A stretch of 64,000 nucleotides of DNA. Origin: Isurus oxyrinchus. Its lineage: Eukaryota. The position numbers and the translations under genes were made by a program. The stretch covers positions 99,200,001 to 99,264,000 of the forward strand of contig JANJGN010000021.1 in NCBI GenBank assembly GCA_026770705.1, in the 5' to 3' direction. Position 1 is the stretch's first letter. Each line of letters begins with the position of its first letter. The notes below the pieces were generated by a model. The model was not told the origin of the DNA. It saw only the letters and a list, made by a program, of their open reading frames with translations, and did not search any database. Shown here one piece after another: positions 1 through 10,563 of this stretch.

Positions 1-240
1 CCAATCGATTATTCAGTTAACTACTGCCCCGATAGCCTTGTAGTTTTTTCTTCTCCGAGAGCTTAAAAATTTCTGTCTTCTGTCTCTGACACACATGCTG
101 AATACCACAGTTGACAGATGCAACCAAAACAGATTCCATGGATTTCTCAACAATCCACCCAAACTGACGTTTGTCATATTGTGAGCCAACTAATCTCACT
201 GAAACTTTGTCTTTCTCATTAAGGTTTCCAGTCTCAGGAT

Positions 241-1430
241 TTGAAGATCACGTCTCTCACTGTGAATGCGGAAAACTTGGTCAAAACTGATTGGAACAAT
301 TGTTGCCCAGCTGATCTAGTGCATGCATATTGTGGGATTCCGAACAACCTGTCAAACTTTCACATGCAACGCGAATGTCTTACAGCATTGCGAGGACTTA
401 AGACCAACCCAGACATACACATTGGTAAACCTGACAAAGGGACAGGAATAGTCATCCTTAACAAGTGTGACTATATCAACAGGATACACCCCATTCTTAA
501 TGACAGGTCCAAATTCGTATCCATTGGACCTGCCGCTCAACATGACTGGACAGCCCTGCTCGAAAGTAAGCTAAAAAGAAAATGCCTGCTGGACTTGTGT
601 AAGAGTGATGAGCTGCCAGGTGATATATATTACAGAGCTTATCCTCACGGTTCGCTGTGTCCACGTATGTATGGGGTGCCTAAGACACACAAAGGTGATG
701 TCCCCCTACACACTATCTTATCTATGACTGGCTCCACACAACATGAATTGGCCAAATGGTTTGGTGAATTGTTACAATCAGTTTCGACCAGGTTTTCACA
801 TACATGGTGAGGGACTCCTTTGCATTTGCGAAGGCCATACAGGGCTTGTGTATTGATAGCAATGCTGTGCCCATGTGTTCATTGGACATTGCTAGTCTAT
901 TCACCAATGTTCCACTTAAGGAAGCCAGAGATATTTGCGATCTAGAACCACCACCATTGCATATTTCTGATGTGTAGCTGCTACATTTGCTTATTTAAAT
1001 CGGCAGCTCCATGTAACAATTTCCTTACATGTCTTAATGGACTCCATCCTGTTCTCAAGCTCACGTTTGAAATGGAACAGTCAAATGAACTCCCCTTTCT
1101 TGACATACTAGTTGAGAAATCTGTTGGGGGGGGCGGGTCTATACCAAGGTAGACTCATTCCTCAGGGGAATGCCTTGACCAATCAGTTTCAAGCTGCCTG
1201 GTTTAAATTTCAAACAATGCTTGGCAGTTAACTGTCAGTCGCCATCAGTGGTGCATTCTCCATGGTAATGCCACTTGTCAAAAAATCAGCACTCTCTTCA
1301 CATAATGTATAAATTGTTGTTTTCCCCCTTATCTCTGTATTCTTGCAAGTGTCCCGATGAGTGCAAGACAAAAAGCTTTGACATGTGTCTTTTTTCACTA
1401 AATCTCAAGCTCTGTGCTCCCAAACAATTA
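241..1430 (+). mobile_element. Decayed, internally deleted Penelope-like retroelement (RT fragments plus 3' tail)
   Basis: ORF 241-810 has PLE RT N-terminal motifs (KPDKGTGIVILNKCDY, PRMYGVPKTHKGDVPL). The frameshifted continuation reads SLDIASLFTNVPL (~886-920), and ORF 970-1152 has the thumb motif LHPVLKLTFEMEQSNELPFLDILV. The YxDD segment is missing. The tail carries a hammerhead-like motif. Confidence 0.85.
1350..1383 (+). ncRNA. Decayed minimal type-I hammerhead ribozyme motif in PLE tail
   Basis: TGTC-CCGATGA-GTGCAAGAC-AAAA-AGCTT-T-GACA. Stem I is TGTC/GACA, both core boxes (CUGANGA, GAAA) carry one mismatch, and stem III is a palindromic AAGCTT. Confidence 0.45.
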
Positions 1431-2299
1431 TTTGAAGGTCATTGATGAAGCAGAGGAAGATGGTTGGGCCTAGGACATTGCCCTGAGGAACTCCTGCCGT
1501 GATGTCCTGAGGCTGAGATGACTGACCTCAAACTACCACCACCATCTTCCTTTGTGCTAAGTATAACTCCAACCATTGGAAACTTTTCCCCCTGATTACC
1601 ATGGACTCCAGTTCTGCTAGGGCTCCTTGATTCCACACTCGGTCTAATGCTCCCTTGATGCTAATGGTAGAGTGGGGGATATGCTGGGCCATGACGTTAC
1701 AGATTGTGGTTGCTGCTGCTGATGGCCCACAGCATCTCCTGGGTGCCCTGATTTGAGTTGCTAGATCTGTTTTAAATCTATCCCTTTTAGCACAGTGGTA
1801 GTATCACACAACACGATGGAGAGTATCCTCAGTGTGAAGACGGGACTTCAGCTCCACAGTGACTGTGCGGTGGTCACTCCTAGCGATACTGTCCTGGACA
1901 GATGCATCTGTAGCAGGCAGGTTGCTGAAGACAAGGTCAAGTAGGTTTTTCCCTCTTGTTGGTTCTGTCACCACCTGTCACAGAACTGGTCCAGCAGCTA
2001 TGTCCTTTGAGACTCGGTCAGTAGTGGTGCTACTGAGCCACCCTTGATAATGGACATTGAAAGCCCCCACCCAGGATACATTCTGTGCCCTTCCCACCCT
2101 TAGTGCTTCCTCCAAGTGGTGTTCAACATGGAGGAGCTAATTCATCAGCCCAGGGTCAAGGGGGAAGGAGGAGGTCATCAGCAGGAGGTTTCCTTGCCCA
2201 TGTCTGACCTGATGCCATAAGACTTCATAGGGTCCGGAGTCGTTGTTGAGAACTCATGGGCAACTCCCTCCCAACTGTATACGACTGTGCCACCACCTC

Positions 2300-4314
2300 T
2301 GGGACAGGATCCATCCCGGGACAGTGACGGTGGGACCAGACTCACCCCGGGACAGTGACGGTGGGACCGGACTCACCCCGGGATGGTGACGGTGGGACGG
2401 GACTCACCCCGGGATGGTGACGGTGGGACAGGACTCACCCCGGGACGGTGACGGTGAGACAGGACTCACCCCGGGATGGTGACGGTGGGACAGGACTCAC
2501 CCCGGGACGGTGACGGTGAGACAGGACTCACCCCGGGACGGTGATGGTGGAACAGGACTCACCCCGGATCGATGGGATGGGACTCACCCCGGGACAGTGA
2601 CGGTGGGATGGGACTCACCCCGGGATGGTGACGGTGGGACAGGACTCACCCCGGGACGGTGACGGTGGGACTGGACTCACCCTGGGACGGTGACGGTGGG
2701 ACGGGACTCACCCTGGAACGATAGGACAGGACTCAACCCGGGACAGTGACGGTGGGACGGGACTCACCCCGGAACGATGGGACAGGACTCAACCCGGGAC
2801 AGTGACGGTGGGATGGGACTCACCCCGGGGCAGTGACAGTGGGACTGGACTCACCCCAGGACAGTGACAGTGGGACTGGACTCACCCTGTGACAGTGACG
2901 GTGGGACGGGACTCACCCCGGGACGTTGACGGTGGGACGGGACTCACCCCAGGACAGTGACGGTGGAACAGGACTCATCCCGGGACAGTGACGGTGGGAC
3001 GGGACTCACCCTGTGACGGTGACGGTGGGACAGGACTCACCCCGGGACGGTGATGGTGGGACGGGACCCACCCTGGGACAGTGACGGTGGGACGGGACTC
3101 ACCCTGTGACGGTGACGGTGGGACAGGACTCACCCCGGGACGGTGACGGTGGGACAGGACTCACCCCGGGACGGTGATGGTGGGACGGGACTCACCCCAG
3201 GACAGTGACGGTGGAACAGGACTCATCCCGGGACAGTGACGGTGGGACGGGACTCACCCTGTGACGGTGACGGTGGGACAGGACTCACCCCGGGACGGTG
3301 ATGGTGGGACGGGACCCACCCTGGGACAGTGACGGTGGGACGGGACTCACCCTGTGACGGTGACGGTGGGACAGGACTCACCCCGGGACGGTGACGGTGG
3401 GACAGGACTCACCCCGGGACGGTGATGGTGGGACGGGACTCACCCCAGGACAGTGACGGTGGAACAGGACTCATCCCGGGACAGTGACGGTGGGACGGGA
3501 CTCACCCTGTGACGGTGACGGTGGGACAGGACTCACCCCGGGACGGTGATGGTGGGACGGGACCCACCCTGGGACAGTGACGGTGGGACGGGACTCACCC
3601 TGTGACGATGACGGTGGGACAGGACTCACCCCGGGACGGTGACGGTGGGACAGGACTCACCCCGGGACGGTGATGGTGGGACGGGACCCACCCCGGGACA
3701 GTGACGGCGGGACAGGATTCACCCAGGACGGTGACGGTGGGACAGGATTCACCCCGGGATGGTGACGGTGGGACAGGATTCACCTGGGACGGTGACGGTG
3801 GGACAGGATTCACCCCGGGACGGTGACGGTGGGTCGGGACCCACCCCGGAACGATGGGACAGGACTCACCCCGGGACAGTGACGGTGGGAAGGGACTCAC
3901 CCCGGGACGGTGACGGTGGGACGGGACTCACCCCGGGACGATGACGGTGGAACAGGACTCACCCCGGGACAGTGACAGTGGGACTGGACTCACCCCGGGA
4001 CAGTGACGGTGGGACGGGACCCACCCTGGAACGATGGGACAGGACTCACCCCGGGACAGTGACGGTGGGACGGGACTCACCCCGGGACGGTGACGGTGGG
4101 ACTGGACTCACCCCGGGACGGTGACGGTGGGACTGGACTCACCCCGGGACGGTGACAGTGGGACGGGGCTCACCTAGGGACGGTGACGGTGGAATGGGAC
4201 TCACCCAGGGACGGTGACGATGGGATGGGACTCACCCCGGGACGGTGACGGTGGGACGGGACTCACCCCGGGACGGTGACGGTGGGAAGGGACTCACCCC
4301 GGGACGGTGACGGT
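2300..4314. repeat. 31-bp GC-rich minisatellite (~65 units; consensus GACTCACCCCGGGACRGTGACGGTGGGACRG, with 25-bp variants)
   Basis: Direct periodicity visible in the sequence; the array is embedded in the LINE endonuclease coding region. Confidence 0.97.
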
Positions 4315-4699
4315 AGTGTCTGGGCCAATATCTGTAAGGTATGATTCTGTGAGGATGACTATGTCAAGCTGTTGCATGACTAGTCTGTGAGACAGCTCTC
4401 CCAATTTTGGCACTAGCCCCCAGGTGTTAGCAAGGAGGACTTTGCAGGGAAAACAGGGTGGAATTTGCCATTGGCTTTTCCGGTGCCTCGGTCGATGGCG
4501 GGTGGTCTGTCTGGTTTCATTCCTTTTTTGAGGCTTTGCAGCAGTTTGATACAATCAAGGGACTTGCTTGGCCATTTCAGAGGGCATTTAACAGACAACC
4601 ACATTGCTGTGTGTCTGGAGTCACATGGAGGCCAGACCAGGTAAGGATGGCAGATTTCTTCCCCTGAAGGACATTAATGAACCAAATGGGTTTTTACAA

Positions 4700-4830
4700 T
4701 ACAAAAACAGAATTACCTGGAAAAACTCAGCAGGTCTGGCAGCATCGGCGGAGAAGAAAAGAGTTGACGTTTCGAGTCCTCATGACCCTTCGACAGAACT
4801 TGATTTCGAGTCCAAGAAAGAGTTGAAATA
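4700..4830 (-). mobile_element. Solo PLE 3'-tail fragment with hammerhead-like motif (4762-4800) inserted into the LINE 5' region
   Basis: Near-identical to the tails of the larger PLE copies at 11511, 17724 and 20846 (ACCTGGAAAAACTCAGCAGGTCTGGCAGCATC...). Confidence 0.8.
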
Positions 4831-4923
4831 AGTTGACAATGCTTTCATGGTCACTATTACCGAGACTAGCCTTTTAATTCCAGACTTATTCAATGAATCT
4901 AAATTCTAACTGTTGCTATGGTG

Positions 4924-4998
4924 GGATTTCAACCTGTGTACCCAGAGCATTAGCGTAGGTCTCTGGATTACTGACCTGGTGACATTACCACTACATCA
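4924..4998 (-). promoter_or_regulatory. tRNA-derived Pol III-type A/B boxes at the head of the LINE/SINE-like 5' region
   Basis: Minus strand has an A-box-like TGATGTAGTGG (4998-4988) and a B-box-like GGTTGAAATCC (4934-4924); both are imperfect. Confidence 0.55.
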
Positions 4999-5913
4999 CA
5001 ACCTCCGCACAAAGCTGCTGTAGGCAAGGCTTGTATTCACAAACTCAGCAATTCAGGCACCTCCTTACTGCCATATTGCAAACCGAATGCATCACTAGAA
5101 ACAAGTAAGTTTGTTTTTCTTTAAAAATGAGAAACCTTGTGGAGTGATTTCTTCACTGAATTTCTCTCTAAAATAAACAGTCTCTCTGGAGATTCTAACA
5201 AGACTAATACAATCAACTACATGCAGAGCTCATGATACTGATACCGAATGCACTCGTGAATTAAGAATCCATCATGGGTTTGTATTCTGTGTCCTCCAGA
5301 TTGCACAGGCTAGAACTTTGCAAGAGAATGTAGAGTTTCTAAAGTATCCAAAATCCACTATCTTGGTGAATGGTGAATCACGAGAAACAAACATTAGGTT
5401 AATACAGAATCACGTTTCCACTATCTGAGTGACTGTGTAAGTGGAAACAGTGAATCTACCATTGTGTGAGCAGGAACACTGAGGCCTCCTCCCTACACAC
5501 ACATGCTCAGTAGTGTTAATATCTGTTGATTGTTCTCCTCACCTTCTACATCCATGAGTGACGGCCTTTGTCCTCGATAATCCCCACTTCCTTACCTCAC
5601 GGGGATATTGATTACAGAGATTCCCATTCTCCTTTCACACTGCCTCCTGGATTCACACTGTTCCATTCTGGAATACTGGAGAAGATCCAGCTCACCCCCA
5701 TATATATGAAGATACATTGAGATACAGCAAGAGGACAGGAATTCGCCAACAAGCTGCCTTTTCCTGGATGATCTCAACCATCTCACCGTATTCTCAACTT
5801 GTTCAATCACAAACCCATCTCCTTATCTTCATCAATGTGAACACAACTTTGTAAATATCTCAATCAGAATAGGAAGAAGGTACAGAATAGCCCTCCATTT
5901 GTACATGATTCAT

Positions 5914-6496
5914 GGAACAGGAATTTCAGCAGTTCTCTCTCATTCTGTCCATAACAGTGTGTAAATGTTTATTAAGCTATCTTTAATTTTTTTGTTTTCC
6001 AGGCACCAATTCATTGACTACGATATATATGGCAGTCCCACACACTGTACACCTAGTGTCACAGTGCAATATAGCTATGGCTGGGGACCTATCCAGTCCT
6101 GATCAAACAAGACCATCAATGGATGATTCTACATCTCTGATCTTATCGGATGTCTGGTTTGTATTCTTCATTATTGTATTCAGATTCTCTCCCGCCATGT
6201 CCGATTTTGTGTTGCGGAGATCTGTGAGATGTTCCCAGAATTCCACATTGATAGCATCTGCCATGACCTGCAGCCTGGGGATGGTCTGTCGACCATTACT
6301 GTCATGATATTTAACTTGAACTCCATTGACCAGAGTAACTTTTGAAACCTCAGGAAATCCTGTGATTCCAGAGACTGCCATATATATCGTAGTCAATGAA
6401 TTGGTGCCTGGAAAACAAAAAAATTAAAGGTAGCTTAATAAACATTGACACACTGTTACGGACAGAATGAGAGAGAACTGCTGACATTCCTGTTCC
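5914..6496. repeat. 124-bp inverted repeat (arms 5914-6037 and 6373-6496, 335-bp spacer) duplicating the acceptor and first codons of the MHC alpha-1 pseudo-exon
   Basis: GGAACAGGAATTTCAGC...TTTTCCAGGCACCAATTCATTGACTACGATATATATGGCAGTC is the reverse complement of 6373-6496 with only a few mismatches. Confidence 0.95.
6147..6407 (-). pseudogene. MHC class I-like alpha-1 domain exon, paralogue with mutated splice donor
   Basis: 261-bp phase-1 exon after a ttttccag acceptor, encoding (G)TNSLTTIYMAVSGITGFPE...VNGVQVKYHDS...FWEH...TNQTS. It is 45/87 identical to the exon at 25727. The donor reads G|ATAAG rather than G|GTAAG. Confidence 0.85.
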
Positions 6497-7250
6497 TTTC
6501 CCAACTGTCTGTAATCAATAAGCTTTTGATAAGAAGATGTGTGTTTGTGTGTGTTTGTTTCACATCTTAGAGTGTGCACAATGTGAATAACCAGCAGCAA
6601 GCTTCCTGTGGGTTTAAATAAAGAAAGATGGTTGCAAGATTAATCATTTACCCTGAAATCTAACGCTATGGCAACAACTCACACATACACACACACAAAC
6701 ACACACAAGCAAAGTACAGTTGAAATGAATAGTGCACTTTTACAAGTTATAAACAAAAGAAATAGTTCATAATTCACATGATTGTCTTGTTCAGGAAAAC
6801 ATGTGTTACAAATCTGATAAAAAGATGTCCTGACTCTTGAAGTGTAGTTTGGTGAATTTAACAGATAAAGTGTAAGGCCACAGCTGTTTCAGGATTCTCT
6901 TGAGGACTTCCTGCAGGTCATGAAGCTGGTTACTTGTAGTTTCAGAACAAAGGAGGTCAGTACGCTGTATTTTTGATCCTAAAGTGGTACAGGTATGGAG
7001 ACCTCATGATGTTATAGCCTCCAGTTCTTAAGGCATAGATGTTATTGTCCTTTCTACCCTAACTTTCTGCAAACAGCAGATATAGATTAAAAGGAGATAA
7101 ACGTGACTGCCCGACCATGTGACTTCTCACTGTTCCTTTTTGAAATTGTGGTGGTGTCACCAGGTTAATAAGCCACATCCTGGTTTATTGTTTTAAGACA
7201 TTCATCCTGAGGAGGTTCAGACGATCACCTTCTTTATTTCAAAAAAAGAA

Positions 7251-7544
7251 ACTCACCAAGGCTCCTTCAACAGCACCTTCCAAACCCATGACCTCCACCA
7301 TCTAGAAGGACAAGGGCAGCAGACAAATGGGAACACCATCATCCTGACTTGGAAATATATCCCCGTTCCTTCACTGTCGCTGGGTCAAATTCCCTTCCTA
7401 ACAGCACTGTGCGTGTACCTATACCACATGGACTGCAGCGGTTCAAGAAGGCAGCACAGCACCACCTTCTCAAGGGCAATTAGGGGTGAGCAATAAATGC
7501 TGGCCCAGACAGCGACGCCCACATCCCGTGAATGAATAAAAAAA
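7251..7544 (+). mobile_element. 5'-truncated LINE 3' end (CR1/L2-group)
   Basis: Ends ...TTCAAGAAGGCAGCACAGCACCACCTTCTCAAGGGCAATTAGG...AATAAATGCTGG...GAATGAATAAAAAAA, a short-repeat/A tail typical of this LINE group. The family assignment is from recognition, not a search. Confidence 0.7.
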
Positions 7545-8478
7545 CATTGGGAATGCCTTTTGATGATCTCAGATTATTTGTAATTAACAACTTTTCACCT
7601 GGGATGTGCCCTATTGTCTCTATTAGACAGTGAGTCAGTTTTTAAGTTCACAGGGGAGGTCACCTTTGTAGCACATTGTAGCGCATTGCCCACTTTATAA
7701 AGGGAAAGTTAATTCCAAAGTATCCACATTGAATAAAGCACATACTTAAAAGTGAGGAAGGAACATGACACGATAGTGCTGAGCTGACATGTCCCAGCCA
7801 CACGGGAACAAAAAGGAACCTGGATTACATTTTTTCCCTGGTTTTCCTGGTGAAGCAAGAGAAACATGAACATCTCAAGCCCACACTCTGCTCTCATTCA
7901 GGTATCCACACATCCATCTTCCAACTGCTCCAGCTGCCACTGTCTGCAACAGCCAATCTTTCTGTTTCAGCTTTCAGTTCCTCATTGTCCTTTTTTGGAT
8001 GAGGTACGTTCTTAATGATTTTCTTTCGGGCCTTGAAGTTTGCCTCTTGAAAGGCTTTAGTTCAGGAACATTGTGCCTTCTATCCTTTTTCCATTTTGAA
8101 CTCCCTGTTATGTGTTCTCGAAATGTGTTGGATTTTCACTAGCTTCTGTTTATAGGAGTTTGGGCATTTTAATACCAATAGACATATTGACGTTCGTCCA
8201 GACATACAGCCTGAATTAGCGGGCAGACAGAGAGCCTCTCTGTTGTTATAGAAACAGCAGTGAAGGCCTGAATCTGGAAGTCCAGCCCCTGGACCCAGCA
8301 GTCGTAACTTTCATGGGGGCTGTTAGGTGTGGGGAAATGGGGGTAAGTTCTAAAACACACACCTGTGGTTCACAGAGGCAACTGCACTTAGTAAAGGCTG
8401 ATGTGATTAGTGGGATGTCCAAAACATGACTGGTGCAATTTAGACCTGGTTGGGGAAAGTCTAAAGCTGTCAGAGTGT

Positions 8479-8693
8479 TTTGGAAAAGTAAGGTACGCTT
8501 TCGGAGTGGTAAGGTACCCCTTTGCATATGATTCCAAGGCACCTTTTGGAAAGGTCAGGTGTCCTCTTGGAAAGGCCAGGTGTCCTTTGGGTGAGGTCAG
8601 GTGTCCTTTTGGAGAGGTCAGGTGTCCTTTTGGAAAGGTCAGGTGCCCTTTTGGAAAGGTCAGGTGTCCTTTGGGAGAGGTCAGGTGCCCTTT
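8479..8693. repeat. 21-bp minisatellite (~10 units, TTTGGAAAGGTCAGGTGTCCT)
   Basis: Direct periodicity; it generates the heptad ORFs PFGKVRC and KGHLTFP. Confidence 0.93.
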
Positions 8694-9293
8694 CAAATTT
8701 TTAAAAGTAGATGTGAATATGCACAAAAAGTGCATAAACTCATTGGAACTGTCAATCTCATTGGAGCTGGCAAGAGAACTGTTCAGTGAACTGTCAAGAA
8801 GACTGTGAAGCTCTCAAGGCATTTTAACCTCCTGCCCTTTCAATATTTGAAAAACACTCTGCCTTATTAGAAAATATCAGTTTTTGCTTTCTCTCTGTTG
8901 CCAATAGTCTGTGATCTATCATTACAGGGCTAGTGCTTCATGGCTGATTTCACAAGCTTCCATTATCACAGTGGGGTGCCTGTCAGTTCATAGTTTGATT
9001 GACAGCTGCAAGTGGTTATAAACTCTTTGAAGTGAGACTATGAATTCAAATGCCTGTTTTTATAATGAAATAAAGGAAGTTAAATCTAATGAATAGTTTC
9101 TTAACAATGCGAGTGCTTTTTGAAATACTGAATTCATCAATAGACACTTAAAAGCTTTAATTTCAGCATTAGTCCTGAGGACTACCCATAATGGATACTG
9201 GGTGGGTTGGCATGGTAGGTAAAAGAGAAATAGTTGCGGGGTGGGGGGGGCATGGGTTGGCACTAATCAACATTAATTTGGCACTTGAGTCTA

Positions 9294-9672
9294 AGGGGCC
9301 AAAGGGGTGAGTGAATGGCATTATTTGGTACAGAGGGTATGAGGGGCCATGTTGGGGTGAGTATATGGCATTAGTTAGTATAGAGGGTATGAGGGGCCAT
9401 GGTGGGGTGAGTGAATGGCATTAGTTAGTACAAAGGCAATGAGGGGCCATGGTGGGGTGAGTAAATGGCATTAGTTGGTACTGAGAATATGAGAGGCCAT
9501 GGTGGGGTGAGTAAATGACATTAGTTGGTACAGAAGGTATGAGGGTCCATGGTGGGATAAGTGATTGGCATTAGTTAGTACAGAGGGTATGAGGGTCCAT
9601 GATGGGGTGAGTGAATGGCATTGGTTGGTACAGAGAGTATGAGGAGCCATAGTGGGGGAGTGAATGGCATTA
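9294..9672. repeat. 50-bp minisatellite (~7.5 units, GGGGTGAGTGAATGGCATTAGTTGGTACAGAGGGTATGAGGGGCCATGGT)
   Basis: Units start at 9304, 9354, 9404 and so on; the array is cut off by the LTR at 9673. Confidence 0.93.
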
Positions 9673-10450
9673 TGTTGCCCAGGGGCTGCAACTGAACTGC
9701 TGACACAGGCAAAAGCAACTTTTGACCTGAAGCAACCAGAGTCCAGTCACTGGCCTGAGCTGGCTGGAACCGGTTTGAAGTAGCTGAGTTTCTTGAAAAA
9801 CAAAGGGAATGAGATAAGACACAAGTCCTTATTTAGGAAAGGAGTAATGAGGTAATGCTACCTAAGTCCTTGGGATAGAGCCAATGAGAAGATGCCACAG
9901 ACTAGGCAAGCAATGGGAGAGAGACAGCACCAGTTCTGTCGAAGGGTCATGAGAACTTGAAACATCAACTCTTTTCTTCTGCGCCGATGCTGCCAGACCT
10001 GCTGAGTTTTTCCAGGTAATTCTGTTTTTGTTTTGAAGAGATAAGATTCAGTATAAGAGTGGAGAATTTTGGGTGTGGACCCAGCGAGAACTCCTGAGTC
10101 CAACCATCGCAGAAGCAGAAGAATCTACATCAGCAACGTAGAGACGATGTCGCAAGAGAGAGAGAACGGAACGCCTGGCCAGCGTCAGCTCTCCTTTTCC
10201 GGTATTAGCTTTTATATTCTGTGACCACTCAGGGAGTTCAGAGAAAACTAGTGGGTGTGCGTTTTGATCCTAGTTTTGGGTATAAAACTGTATAACCTGC
10301 TGTAAACTGCATGTTTATATTTAACCAGACATATAAGCTACATGTAGATGATCTAACAAGGTGAATAAAGCAAATTTAGAGCTCAGAGAGAATTGACTCT
10401 TCTCCTCTTTGTACTAAGCCAATAACCGTTACTGGTGACCTCCAGCAACA
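9673..10450 (+). repeat. 5' LTR of the retrovirus-like element
   Basis: Termini TGTTGC...GCAACA (6-bp inverted repeat), AATAAA at 10364-10369, and PBS after a 4-nt spacer. Confidence 0.8.
9931..10036 (+). mobile_element. Solo PLE 3'-tail fragment inserted in the LTR (hammerhead-like 9932-9970)
   Basis: Reverse-complement match to 4700-4800. Confidence 0.8.
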
Positions 10451-10454
10451 TATC

Positions 10455-10476
10455 TGGCGTCCCTGGGTGGGCTCGA
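10455..10476 (+). promoter_or_regulatory. Primer-binding site complementary to tRNA-Asn(GTT) 3' end
   Basis: TGGCGTCCCTGGGTGGGCTCGA is the reverse complement of the vertebrate tRNA-Asn 3' end (...TCGAGCCCACCCAGGGACGCCA). Confidence 0.9.
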
Positions 10477-10563
10477 GGATAAATCTCTCCATTGAGTCAG
10501 TGGGAGACTCGCACCAAACCGAGTTGGCAAAGTAAACAGAGAACAGCAGTCTGGGTTAATTCA

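Larger units (their letters stand above)
1435..5006 (-). mobile_element. CR1/L2-group LINE, internally deleted and 3'-truncated (APE endonuclease plus RT fragment, tRNA-like head)
   Basis: The minus strand encodes an APE N-terminus (LLANTWGLVPKLGELSHRLVMQQLDIVILTESYL, ORF 4294-4554) that resumes after the minisatellite as RGGGTVVYSW (~2300-2270). RT motif AGVPQGNVLGPTIFLCFINDL lies at ~1498-1436. Confidence 0.85.

Noticed and set aside
2300-4314. CRISPR-like array (31-bp or 39-bp periodicity)
   Set aside because: Units are head-to-tail with no unique spacers, there are no cas genes, and the context is vertebrate.
6014-6307. Plus-strand ORF starting with the MHC-like TTIYMAV
   Set aside because: Only the first codons come from the inverted duplicate; the rest is spacer and antisense of the pseudo-exon.
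8246-8808. Heptad-repeat ORFs (PFGKVRC, KGHLTFP)
   Set aside because: These are translations of the 21-bp minisatellite, open on both strands, with no splice or domain support.
10455-10476. tRNA-Asn gene
   Set aside because: Only the 22-nt complement of the 3' end including CCA is present, directly after an LTR. It is a PBS, not a tRNA gene.
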